From the sequence record NC_061448.1: a DNA stretch of 64,000 nt; one strand, given 5' to 3'. The notes under the pieces were generated by a model. That model saw nothing but the letters and a program-made list of their open reading frames with translations, ran no database searches and was not told the origin of the DNA. Made by a program: the position numbers and the translations under genes. How positions within the stretch are numbered: position 1 is the stretch's first letter; the number at the start of each line of letters is the position of its first letter. Shown piece after piece: positions 52,895 to 61,396 of this stretch.

Positions 52895-53125
52895 ATGATG
52901 CACGATATATACAAGGTGAGTGCTGTCCTGTTCTACTTGCTTGGTGCTATGGCTTTCCTTGCACATATCGTTGGCTTCGTGAAGAACTGGATGAAGATAA
53001 AAGAAATGCGGCAGAAAGCACAGGCGAAGATTGCCAAAGTGAAAACGCCGCATGAATTGATTAAACGCCGCTTGCGTAAAGCAGAAGAACGCGCAAGACA
53101 CCGCCCACGTAAACTGAGAGATTGA
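52895..53125 (+). CDS. single-TM membrane protein with basic tail
   Basis: VSAVLFYLLGAMAFLAHIVGFV. Confidence 0.7.
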   Translation: MMHDIYKVSAVLFYLLGAMAFLAHIVGFVKNWMKIKEMRQKAQAKIAKVKTPHELIKRRLRKAEERARHRPRKLRD

Positions 53126-53127
53126 CC

Positions 53128-53436
53128 ATGCCTACTGTTACTCGTAGTAAACGTCTGGAAGACAAAGTTAAACGTGCCGTAGAGTTGTGCTGGGAGGAAA
53201 CCACTACAGATAATGAAGGTCCGCAGACGTATAGTTTCTTGGCAACGACATTCGCGCAAGACGGAAAAGAATTGCATGGCAGGGAAGTGCAAATGATCAA
53301 CCACATCCTGAGCGATGCGCGTTACGTTAATCTTTATGGTTGGTACGTAACAACACTGCAAAGAAGTAAGCATGGCGATAGACTGATATTCCAACCTGTT
53401 GCTGACTTAGAAGATATTGTTGAGATGGAGCTGTAA
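53128..53436 (+). CDS. hypothetical protein
   Basis: ORF track. Confidence 0.7.
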   Translation: MPTVTRSKRLEDKVKRAVELCWEETTTDNEGPQTYSFLATTFAQDGKELHGREVQMINHILSDARYVNLYGWYVTTLQRSKHGDRLIFQPVADLEDIVEMEL

Positions 53437-53437
53437 C

Positions 53438-54013
53438 ATGGAACAGATCGATATGTTTAAAACGGAAGGTACTCATGAGATCTCTGAGTACACTGAACTG
53501 GACGCTGATCGTTTGCCTAACGACGACGTTACGCGTAACGACCGTAGAATACAAGCTGCATTCGGCCAGCCTGTGCGGACTGCCGACTATCTGGAAAAGT
53601 ACCCAGGCCTGAAACCCGGCAAATTGAAGTTTCGCAAGAAGCTGGTAATGATTCATGAGTTCGTGCTTGTTACTCACGATAAGCTGAAAGCCAGCCTGCT
53701 GAAAAAGCAAGGCAGTATCAGCGATACATACGACAGAGACCCGCAGTATCTGATCAATGTGTACAACCACACTGAGAAAGTGGCGATGTTCCTGAGCGAC
53801 TTTGGCGACTTCATGAGTCACTTCATGAATGCCGTCCATCTGTTTACTGTAGCGACTGTGTATGACGGTCGACTGTTGGTATTTGCAGAGAACGGCAGTC
53901 CGCTCGTTACCGCAGAAGAAACGCTGGAGATGCTTAACGAGATCGAGCACTTCATCAACAAAAGCAAAGTGTATCGCGTACACTCACAACACGCCGTCTA
54001 CCGTACAATCTAA
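53438..54013 (+). CDS. hypothetical protein
   Basis: GGAG RBS before ATG 53438. Confidence 0.75.
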   Translation: MEQIDMFKTEGTHEISEYTELDADRLPNDDVTRNDRRIQAAFGQPVRTADYLEKYPGLKPGKLKFRKKLVMIHEFVLVTHDKLKASLLKKQGSISDTYDRDPQYLINVYNHTEKVAMFLSDFGDFMSHFMNAVHLFTVATVYDGRLLVFAENGSPLVTAEETLEMLNEIEHFINKSKVYRVHSQHAVYRTI

Positions 54014-54060
54014 TCTATCAACCACAGCGACGCTTACGGGTGTCGCACAGGAGAAACATT

Positions 54061-55476
54061 ATGTCATTCGATATGCGCCAAAACGTACTCATGGTTCGCT
54101 CTCTGATCAAAGGCCAACCGTTCTACTATTTCTACAACGCAGAGGGCTTGGAGTTCAGCTTGTCTGGTTATCAGCTTAAAGAGATTTACGATTGCCACTT
54201 CGAAGGTCGTATGGCAGCAATCACTACCTACTGGGGATTCTCGAACAAGCCGAACTATGAGTCATTCGAGTTTGCTGAGAACGGTGATCTGCTGTGGCAT
54301 GTTTCTCTGAATGCGACATGTAGCACCCTGTTGCCTCTTGAGATGATTAACGGTCATGAGGGCTTTAACGTCATCAACGGTTTCATGATCGATGACCACA
54401 AACGCACCGTGATGAAGATTCATCAAAAAGCTGTCGGGCGTAGTGTGGAAAGACTTACGTGGTTCCGCGATATGTCCGAAGAGCGTATGCGTGAACTGCT
54501 GACTGCTCTCGGTCACGGACCGATGCGTATCGAACGTGCTGATCGTGAAGAACTGATCAAGATACATCGTGATTGGCAGCGTAAGCACGATGAAGACTTT
54601 AAATACACGCACAACGCATGTGGCGTAGACCCTGACGATAAACTCCCTGCCGACCTGTATGATGACCACGGCAAGTGGCTGCGTCAACGCCACATGGCAA
54701 AAGGCAAAACGCTTGAGATGATGGCCAGCGAGCTTGCTAATCTTGTTCGCATCTTTGATTTGTATGACGGCGAGAACGACGACTTTGACCACATGAATCC
54801 TGATTGGGATGAAGGTCTGCGTCGTGTTGCACAGGCGTTCATTTACGGACCTAACGCGAAAGAACGGTTTGACGCTGTGAAGTATGACAGCCAGTTTGTT
54901 GTCAACGGTATCTATGCTTTGGCGAAAGACATGAACTGGATTCATGTTAACGAAGAATCTCAGGACTATCAAGAATCATTGATTCGTCGCCTGATGCAAG
55001 AACTGAAAAACGAAATTGAACGCCCTGACGGTGTGTTCGTTGTTGAAGACGGCATAGTAATGTTGAAAGCCGCGTCTGCTACTGCGATTGATACTGACGT
55101 GGTGGATGAAGTCGAAGAAGACGAGGACGAGCCAGAGAAAGAACGTGGGCCTCGCAAATTCCCTGTAGTGTTGCGTCATGACCGCATTAAATACGATTAT
55201 GTTCATCGTGCTCTGGTTAAGATGGGCGTCGTCAAGAAGAACAAGACTCGCCAGCAATTGGGCAAAGCGCAGAAATTGACTGTCGCCCAGCAAGAAGCGG
55301 CCTTGCTCGCAACACTTCGCGCTGTTGTGTTTGACCCGGATCAAGACGTACTATCTAAACTGGATGAAACAACGCTGTACCAGCTTGCTGCATGTATGAC
55401 CAAAATGAAAGACGGTGATCGCTATCCCCGTGATGCTGAGTACCTGAAAGAACTAATTAAACACGCACTTCGTTAA
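54061..55476 (+). CDS. multidomain protein with Rho-N/HeH-like motif
   Basis: AGGAG RBS; FRDMSEERMRELLTALGH...DREELIKI. Confidence 0.8.
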   Translation: MSFDMRQNVLMVRSLIKGQPFYYFYNAEGLEFSLSGYQLKEIYDCHFEGRMAAITTYWGFSNKPNYESFEFAENGDLLWHVSLNATCSTLLPLEMINGHEGFNVINGFMIDDHKRTVMKIHQKAVGRSVERLTWFRDMSEERMRELLTALGHGPMRIERADREELIKIHRDWQRKHDEDFKYTHNACGVDPDDKLPADLYDDHGKWLRQRHMAKGKTLEMMASELANLVRIFDLYDGENDDFDHMNPDWDEGLRRVAQAFIYGPNAKERFDAVKYDSQFVVNGIYALAKDMNWIHVNEESQDYQESLIRRLMQELKNEIERPDGVFVVEDGIVMLKAASATAIDTDVVDEVEEDEDEPEKERGPRKFPVVLRHDRIKYDYVHRALVKMGVVKKNKTRQQLGKAQKLTVAQQEAALLATLRAVVFDPDQDVLSKLDETTLYQLAACMTKMKDGDRYPRDAEYLKELIKHALR

Positions 55477-55511
55477 TTGTCCAATCATACCTAACATTGT
55501 AGGGAACAAAA

Positions 55512-55946
55512 ATGAAACTCGAACAAAACATTCTGGTAGTAAATCGTGTTGCTTTGGTAATGAAAGACGCGCTGGTTAAGAAGCTGACTGAGGCGGCTAA
55601 CACTGATCGCTCGGCTACGGCTTTATCTCTGGCTTACACCACCGCAATCGTTATGGCTAAACTCCAGCACAAGGTGACATTCGCTCTTGCTGAGGAAAAC
55701 CCAGAGGCCTGCGTCCGCGCTGAACTCTTGTGGACTGATCACGGCTCGCTGTCAACAAGCGCGTTGTTCATCATCGCATCTGCCGCCGACGAAGAAGTGT
55801 TGAACCACGTCGAAGACCACGACTACCTGAACCATCTGCACACAATCAAACGTGTCGCCGAAGAGAACGGGTTCACTCTGTCAGTCTTCCCTGTGGCAGC
55901 TAACTTCCCGTTCAAGCATACTGAAATCCCGGCTGATATGCAGTGA
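55512..55946 (+). CDS. hypothetical protein
   Basis: AGGGA RBS. Confidence 0.75.
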   Translation: MKLEQNILVVNRVALVMKDALVKKLTEAANTDRSATALSLAYTTAIVMAKLQHKVTFALAEENPEACVRAELLWTDHGSLSTSALFIIASAADEEVLNHVEDHDYLNHLHTIKRVAEENGFTLSVFPVAANFPFKHTEIPADMQ

Positions 55947-55954
55947 GGTGATCT

Positions 55955-56254
55955 ATGACTGAGAAACAACAATTAGTACCGAATGTTGCTATCGTCCTGA
56001 CGATGAACGAACGTCGCTCTTTCATGGGCCCGAAAGAAGATGGGTTCGTCTATCTGGCAAACAAAGAAGCGTTGCAGAAATTCGAAGCACACATCTTGCG
56101 CCACCGCAGCCGTGAAGAATACTCTGAGATAGAGCACCGCGAGTTACACGCTCTGAGCGCTGAGGGCGTCTTAGCTCTAAGTCACGAAGTCGAGACAGAT
56201 CCAGACAGACCATGGCTGTGGACAAAGACAGACTTTCGCATTAAGCTCTGGTAA
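55955..56254 (+). CDS. hypothetical protein
   Basis: GAGGTG RBS. Confidence 0.75.
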   Translation: MTEKQQLVPNVAIVLTMNERRSFMGPKEDGFVYLANKEALQKFEAHILRHRSREEYSEIEHRELHALSAEGVLALSHEVETDPDRPWLWTKTDFRIKLW

Positions 56255-56308
56255 GCATAAAACTGGACAAAATGAGGCTAGTATTTGAGGGTCTCATTGT
56301 GTTATACT
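56255..56308 (+). promoter_or_regulatory. early promoter P8
   Basis: GCATAAAACTGGACA, 33 bp, TGtTATACT. Confidence 0.85.
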
Positions 56309-56342
56309 AAAAGCGTAGCTTGTGCTGCGCTTTTTTCACTTA

Positions 56343-56356
56343 TGTCTGAGGAGACA
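56343..56356 (+). promoter_or_regulatory. SD-in-loop hairpin TGTCT-GAGG-AGACA
   Basis: Perfect 5-bp stem. Confidence 0.7.
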
Positions 56357-56361
56357 ACAAA

Positions 56362-56826
56362 ATGCTGAACGAAACGAAAGCGACCGTATCTGATATTGAA
56401 TTGCAGGACCGTATGATGGACGCTGCTGTCCAGAAAGTTATCGAACTGAAACCTGAATGGATCGACGTTTGTGCTGCTGGTCTTCGCTTGTACCTGACCG
56501 TGTGTGACCAGCTCGGCGGTCCGATTCCTGAAATGCGTTTCGTTCACAACAACAAGCCGTGCAAACTCTCTTTCAACCTGAAAGAAGCTACTGAGGGTAG
56601 TGAGTTCGTTGCGAACGATATTGACCACGAAAAGCAGATGGAAACTTGCGAAGCGATTCTTGCTACAGCCGAAGCGAATGAAGAAGGTCATTCGCTGATG
56701 GATTTAGCGATTTGTTCTGGTCGCCTGTTCATGATCGGCTATGACGGACTTGCGGGTACTATCGGCAAAGTGTGTTTCCGCTTCGCCAAGAAGAACTACA
56801 CAATGAATCTGGTTGAGGGTGAATAA
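56362..56826 (+). CDS. acidic hypothetical protein
   Basis: First gene after P8. Confidence 0.8.
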   Translation: MLNETKATVSDIELQDRMMDAAVQKVIELKPEWIDVCAAGLRLYLTVCDQLGGPIPEMRFVHNNKPCKLSFNLKEATEGSEFVANDIDHEKQMETCEAILATAEANEEGHSLMDLAICSGRLFMIGYDGLAGTIGKVCFRFAKKNYTMNLVEGE

Positions 56827-56827
56827 C

Positions 56828-57517
56828 ATGAAACCGTACACTCTGCTTAAACGTAGCAAACTAAATCCCGATGTGTTTGCTCTTGTGCGAGACAACGAAG
56901 TGCTGGTATCTTTCAAGCCAAGCAAGTTCTATGCGGCGCTTAATACCGTTGTTAAAGAGCACGGCCTGAAAGAAGTCGATGTAGTGTGGCGTGACGGCAC
57001 TCGCACTGTCGAACACCTTGTCGTTCACCACACACGTAGATTGGTATCGGTTGATACTATCATGAACTACTACAACGTGTGTCTGATGCTTCGTGCTCAA
57101 GGCGCGGCTGTGAGTCTGGCTACACCTGTCGATATTCGTGCTATGTTTGACGCGAATGGTCCGCTGATTAGCGAGATCCACATTGACCCAGAACTCGCTG
57201 AAAAGCTAGTGGTGGCACTCACACCCAAACATCCTATGTTCGCAGATGCGCATAGCTCACATGAAGAAGATGATGATATGTTCGATGATGATGACCTCGA
57301 TCCTGATGACGATTTTGAGGATGAGGATGATCTCTGCGATGATGACTTCACCCCAGAAGAGGATCGTCTGAGTCTTATCGCTTGGGGCTACCGCGCCGAA
57401 GACTGGTCAACTACTTTGACCGACGATGCCGTGCAGGAAGTACACAGCCTTGAAGTTGGCATTGACCATGACATTGAACTGCCACTCGCACCTGATGCGA
57501 AGGACAAATACTTCTAA
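56828..57517 (+). CDS. hypothetical protein with acidic C-terminal third
   Basis: GAGG RBS before ATG 56828. Confidence 0.75.
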   Translation: MKPYTLLKRSKLNPDVFALVRDNEVLVSFKPSKFYAALNTVVKEHGLKEVDVVWRDGTRTVEHLVVHHTRRLVSVDTIMNYYNVCLMLRAQGAAVSLATPVDIRAMFDANGPLISEIHIDPELAEKLVVALTPKHPMFADAHSSHEEDDDMFDDDDLDPDDDFEDEDDLCDDDFTPEEDRLSLIAWGYRAEDWSTTLTDDAVQEVHSLEVGIDHDIELPLAPDAKDKYF

Positions 57518-57708
57518 TGAAAACCACAAACGAAATGATCAAAGAGTTGCGACAACGCGGCGAGCTTGTTATTGAAGAACGCCAGAAAGACGTAGTGCCC
57601 GACTTAACGTTCACGCTTGATTGTCTGTGTCTCACGTACAAGAAGCGGGAAGTGGAAACGACCAAGCGAGGCCGCGTTATCACAATCAAGTTGACGAACA
57701 TGCACTAA
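57517..57708 (+). CDS. small hypothetical protein
   Basis: TAATG coupling. Confidence 0.65.
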   Translation: MKTTNEMIKELRQRGELVIEERQKDVVPDLTFTLDCLCLTYKKREVETTKRGRVITIKLTNMH

Positions 57709-57719
57709 CAATCCAGTTT

Positions 57720-57792
57720 GGCTCGCCCGTCCAGAAATGCTCACCCCCAATGAGGCGCCCCTCGCAGAGGCGTGACGACGCGGGTCCTTTTT
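57720..57792 (+). ncRNA. candidate structured RNA or branched terminator
   Basis: Closing stem GGCTCGC..CGTC/GACG..GCGGGTCC, two internal hairpins, TTTTT tail. Confidence 0.35.
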
Positions 57793-57833
57793 AGAACGTA
57801 CTGGTTAGTGCGTTGCATAAAGAACCCAAAACA

Positions 57834-57847
57834 AACAGGAGGCTGTT
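57834..57847 (+). promoter_or_regulatory. SD-in-loop hairpin AACAG-GAGG-CTGTT
   Basis: Perfect 5-bp stem. Confidence 0.7.
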
Positions 57848-58192
57848 ATGAAGTTTAACGATGTAAGTAAAGATGCTCAGGTAATTCTTATGGGCGGCGC
57901 ACTTGCCGGAGTTGTTGAAGTCTTCGGACGTGACGACGAAGACGAGGGTAAGCAGTTGATTGAAACTGCGCTGCGCCAAGTCGGTCTGACGTTCGACGAG
58001 TTCCGCACTATGATGACTGAAATGCCGCCAGAAGTTGAAGCGGAAGTTGCGTCTGTTCAGACAGTAGCTGCGGACCCTGACGATGACTTCGACGACCAGC
58101 AGCTGGACACGATGGAAGAACGTCCCGGCAATCTCGACGAAGACGGGCGTACTGATGAAAACGGCTGGCAAACACTTGAAGACGAACAATAG
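57848..58192 (+). CDS. highly acidic small protein
   Basis: AGGAGG RBS; D/E-rich. Confidence 0.8.
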   Translation: MKFNDVSKDAQVILMGGALAGVVEVFGRDDEDEGKQLIETALRQVGLTFDEFRTMMTEMPPEVEAEVASVQTVAADPDDDFDDQQLDTMEERPGNLDEDGRTDENGWQTLEDEQ

Positions 58193-58228
58193 CAGACGCC
58201 GACACGCATAGCAGATAGTCGCATCTAA

Positions 58229-58282
58229 GCAAAAAACTGGACAAAATGAGGGTTGTATCAGAATAGCGTCCTGAGCTATACT
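58229..58282 (+). promoter_or_regulatory. early promoter P9
   Basis: GCAAAAAACTGGACA, 33 bp, TATACT. Confidence 0.8.
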
Positions 58283-58288
58283 ATATAG

Positions 58289-58373
58289 ACAGCGAGACAA
58301 CGTTCTCTCTGCTAAATGCCTTGTAACTGCTTGACCGTGTGTTTTTCGTTTTCCCGGGCACACGGTCCTTTTT
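58289..58373 (+). ncRNA. candidate ~85-nt small RNA or attenuated leader
   Basis: Between P9 and terminator GACCGTGTG/CACACGGTC-CTTTTT; no RBS-ORF. Confidence 0.4.
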
Positions 58374-58486
58374 AAAGTCGCTTCGCTGAGGCTGCTTTAA
58401 AAAGGGTTCGATACCCTTTGAGCGCTTTCGGATTTACGCGGTTTTCACCGACTGTGCTCTCATGTTAAACCGCAAAGGAAATAAAT

Positions 58487-59125
58487 ATGCCAAATCCAAA
58501 AGTAGTTGCCAAACTTGCTGAACGTGCTAAACGTACTCCGCGCGGTCCTTCGTCTGTTAAACCTAAAGCTGCGAAAGAGCGTCACGATAAAGAGTCGATG
58601 ACAACACCAGAGCACAAGAAAAACTTGCCGCCTGTTGTTGCTGCGCCTAAGATGCGTGATGACGAGCGTGTGTACTTTCTTGTACACGCAATCTTATCCT
58701 CATGGAAATTGAGCGCTGTTACGACTGATGCGAATGCGGCTGCTACCGGCATTATCAAAGTGTCACGCCGTAAGATTGAAGGTGCCCTGCGTGACCTCAA
58801 GAATACGCGCTTCACTAAAATCCCGTCGCTCATTAGCGATATTCTGACCGATATGGATCTCTGCAAAGAGTTCGGGCAGTGGGTATACGTCGAACATGAT
58901 TCGCCTGATTGGATTTTCGTTCGACTGCCTGAGAACAGCACACAAGTTATTCGTGCTGACATTAGCTCTGACCGCACGGGTCAAACGTCTGCGGCTGTGA
59001 CGACCTCTGTTGAAGTGCTGCTGGACGATGCGTACCTCGAAGACGAGGAAGACGAGATTCCTGAGAACGTCGAATATGACGACGAAGATGAATCTCACGT
59101 TAACGAAGAAGAGGAGGAAGAATAA
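58487..59125 (+). CDS. protein with basic N-terminus and acidic C-terminus
   Basis: AAGGA RBS. Confidence 0.8.
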   Translation: MPNPKVVAKLAERAKRTPRGPSSVKPKAAKERHDKESMTTPEHKKNLPPVVAAPKMRDDERVYFLVHAILSSWKLSAVTTDANAAATGIIKVSRRKIEGALRDLKNTRFTKIPSLISDILTDMDLCKEFGQWVYVEHDSPDWIFVRLPENSTQVIRADISSDRTGQTSAAVTTSVEVLLDDAYLEDEEDEIPENVEYDDEDESHVNEEEEEE

Positions 59126-59574
59126 TGACCTCTTCAATTCGTCCGGCATCCGAAACAGCCGCAATGATCATTGAAAACGTCACTCTCTATTCTCAAGAGA
59201 AGGGACACGACCATACGCTGCCGCGCTTTAAAATGCCCGACACTGCGATACGTCGAATCTCTGGTCATGCTCGCGTTCTGCCTGAAAGTTATATCGAACA
59301 GGTATCTATCGAGCTACAACAACTCGACTGGATGATGATGCGATACAATGCAGGCGAGTTCCTCTTTCTGCACTTTGATATACCGAAGAACTGGACGCGA
59401 TTGAGCGCGAAGCGTGTTGTGCCAAACGACGACCCTAGCGCTGAGTACGATACGTGGACGTTGCCTGAGCTACAGGGCTTCGCTCAACGTAACGACTTCT
59501 TACAGCCCGACGAAGAGGGGTTTCACGATAGAGCGTCATTGATTCGCGCTATCATGCGAGGCGAGACTCACTAA
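59125..59574 (+). CDS. hypothetical protein with C-terminal Rho-N/HeH-like motif
   Basis: YDTWTLPELQGFAQRND...DRASLIRAI. Confidence 0.75.
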   Translation: MTSSIRPASETAAMIIENVTLYSQEKGHDHTLPRFKMPDTAIRRISGHARVLPESYIEQVSIELQQLDWMMMRYNAGEFLFLHFDIPKNWTRLSAKRVVPNDDPSAEYDTWTLPELQGFAQRNDFLQPDEEGFHDRASLIRAIMRGETH

Positions 59575-59584
59575 GCAATAACGA

Positions 59585-59609
59585 GCGGGGCAGTATATAG
59601 CTGCCCTGC
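59585..59609 (+). terminator. hairpin, possible terminator
   Basis: GCGGGGCAG-TATATAG-CTGCCCTGC; poor U-tract. Confidence 0.5.
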
Positions 59610-59623
59610 TATCTGCGAAGTAT

Positions 59624-59677
59624 GCAGAAAACTGGACAAAATCGTGGTTGCTATCTGAAAGCGACCTATGATATACT
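59624..59677 (+). promoter_or_regulatory. early promoter P10
   Basis: GCAGAAAACTGGACA, 33 bp, TGaTATACT. Confidence 0.85.
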
Positions 59678-59715
59678 AGATGCAGACGCAATAGTGCGTC
59701 GCACACAAAACACAT

Positions 59716-59729
59716 ATACTGAGGAGTAT
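59716..59729 (+). promoter_or_regulatory. SD-in-loop hairpin ATACT-GAGG-AGTAT
   Basis: Perfect 5-bp stem. Confidence 0.7.
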
Positions 59730-59734
59730 TAATC

Positions 59735-61330
59735 ATGGCACGTATCGAAACTAACACTAACCTGGTTGGCAAAACTATCGTCCTGCTGAACGGCACCAAA
59801 ACTAAAATCGAAGATGCAATCGCGTCCGGTTACAAAGTGAAAGGCCAGACGAAACGTATCGCTACCCGTTGCGTTGTGAAAGAGGGTGCGCACTTCCGTG
59901 AAATCGAACGTATGAACCTGAGCCAGCTCGAAGACACCGGCGAAGGTTACGTTAAGCTGAAAGAAGCGAAAGCTGCTGGTAAGAAAGCTACCGGCAAGAA
60001 AGACGCTGTGAAAGAGAAAGCGCCTAAGACTTCTGGTAAGAAGACTGGCGGTAAAGTCTCGAAAGAGAAAGAGCCGAAAGTTCGTCGCAAATCTTCCGAA
60101 GAGCAGTCCGAAGATTATCAGAATCTGGCACACGCTATCATCAAAGGCGGCAAGGCGAAACCTGCTGTTGAGATCGAAGCTGTAGACGAAACGCTGACCG
60201 ACGCTGTTGCTAAACGTCTGGTGGCGCTGCTGGAAAACAGCGAAATTGCGAAAGTGTGTGCTGACAACAAAACGCCGATCGCTAACGCACTGTCAGTTGC
60301 TTACGGTGCTGAGTACGCCGAAGAGAACAACACAATGCAGATCACGCTGAGCCTGCAATACGCAATGCCGGTCAAAGATACTGCTGTCGCACCTGAGCTG
60401 GACGAAGCTGTTGCGAAACGTGCCGCCAAGCTCGCGTCTAAGAAGATTGGCAAAGTGCTGGCGAAAGCAATCAAAGCTGCGTTCGACCTCGAAGATGCGA
60501 ACGACCTGCTGCCGGGTACTGTACTGACCACTGACGGTACTGAGTTCGTGTTTGTGGGTGAATCTGCTAAACACGCTGGCAAAGCGCTGATGTATAGCGC
60601 AGACACTGACGGCTTCAAATCATTCGGCGCTGACAAGCTGTCCGACTTCGAAATCGTCGCTGATGAAAGCGAAGAAGAAGAGGAAGAAGTCGAAGAAGAA
60701 GAAGAGGTCGAGGAAGAAGAAGAGGAAGAAGAAGACGGCGAAGACGACGACAACGTAGAAGATGACGGTGAGCCGCAAGACGCCGAGTACGAGTTCGTTG
60801 CTGTCGAAGCTGATCAACTCGAACTGGTCAACAAGAAAGTGACCGCGAAGTATCACGCTGCACTCGCTGAACGTTTCGGTGTAGACGAAGAAGCGCTCGC
60901 CCCTGGCCTGATGTTGACTGACGGCGAAACAACATTCGCTTATCTGGGCTGCGATAGCAAAGGCGGGCTGCTGGTAATCGACCTGTCTGACGACGCAGAC
61001 GAAGAAGACAACGTTCTGGTATACAGCAAAGCTGATATTAAAACGCTGAACGACTTTAGCCCTGTGATCGATAGCGGTGAAGCTGACGACGCCGAAGAGG
61101 AAGACGGCGAAGAAGAAGATACCGAAGAAGAAAACGACTTCGAAGATGAGGACGGTGAAGAGGAAGAGGACGAAGAAGAAGAAGACTTCGAATTTGACGA
61201 CGCACCGAGCGAAGACCTCGAAGACCTGTCCGAAGACGAGCTGCGTGATCGCGCTGTTGAAGCCGGTCTGACTACGCCGCGCAAAGCAGACAAAATGAAC
61301 GCTGCCCAGCTGCGTAAGCTCCTGAAGTAA
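59735..61330 (+). CDS. large acidic modular protein (paralog of 61415-62827)
   Basis: Shared N-domain, two internal repeats, poly-Glu tracts, C-terminal HeH-like motif. Confidence 0.85.
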   Translation: MARIETNTNLVGKTIVLLNGTKTKIEDAIASGYKVKGQTKRIATRCVVKEGAHFREIERMNLSQLEDTGEGYVKLKEAKAAGKKATGKKDAVKEKAPKTSGKKTGGKVSKEKEPKVRRKSSEEQSEDYQNLAHAIIKGGKAKPAVEIEAVDETLTDAVAKRLVALLENSEIAKVCADNKTPIANALSVAYGAEYAEENNTMQITLSLQYAMPVKDTAVAPELDEAVAKRAAKLASKKIGKVLAKAIKAAFDLEDANDLLPGTVLTTDGTEFVFVGESAKHAGKALMYSADTDGFKSFGADKLSDFEIVADESEEEEEEVEEEEEVEEEEEEEEDGEDDDNVEDDGEPQDAEYEFVAVEADQLELVNKKVTAKYHAALAERFGVDEEALAPGLMLTDGETTFAYLGCDSKGGLLVIDLSDDADEEDNVLVYSKADIKTLNDFSPVIDSGEADDAEEEDGEEEDTEEENDFEDEDGEEEEDEEEEDFEFDDAPSEDLEDLSEDELRDRAVEAGLTTPRKADKMNAAQLRKLLK

Positions 61331-61396
61331 TCTCGTAACACTGTAACACTGAAATAAGATGCGGTTCATACAGAGCCGCATCTCTGACAACTAAGC

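Noticed and set aside
58401-58419. T-arm-like hairpin AAAGGG-TTCGATA-CCCTTT suggesting a tRNA
   Set aside because: No matching acceptor stem, D-arm or 7-nt anticodon loop at the right distances on either strand; kept only as part of the structured leader.
24870-59677. Repeats plus a Cas4-like gene as a CRISPR system
   Set aside because: Repeats are kilobases apart, irregularly spaced and tied to -10 elements; no cas1/cas2 and no repeat-spacer array.
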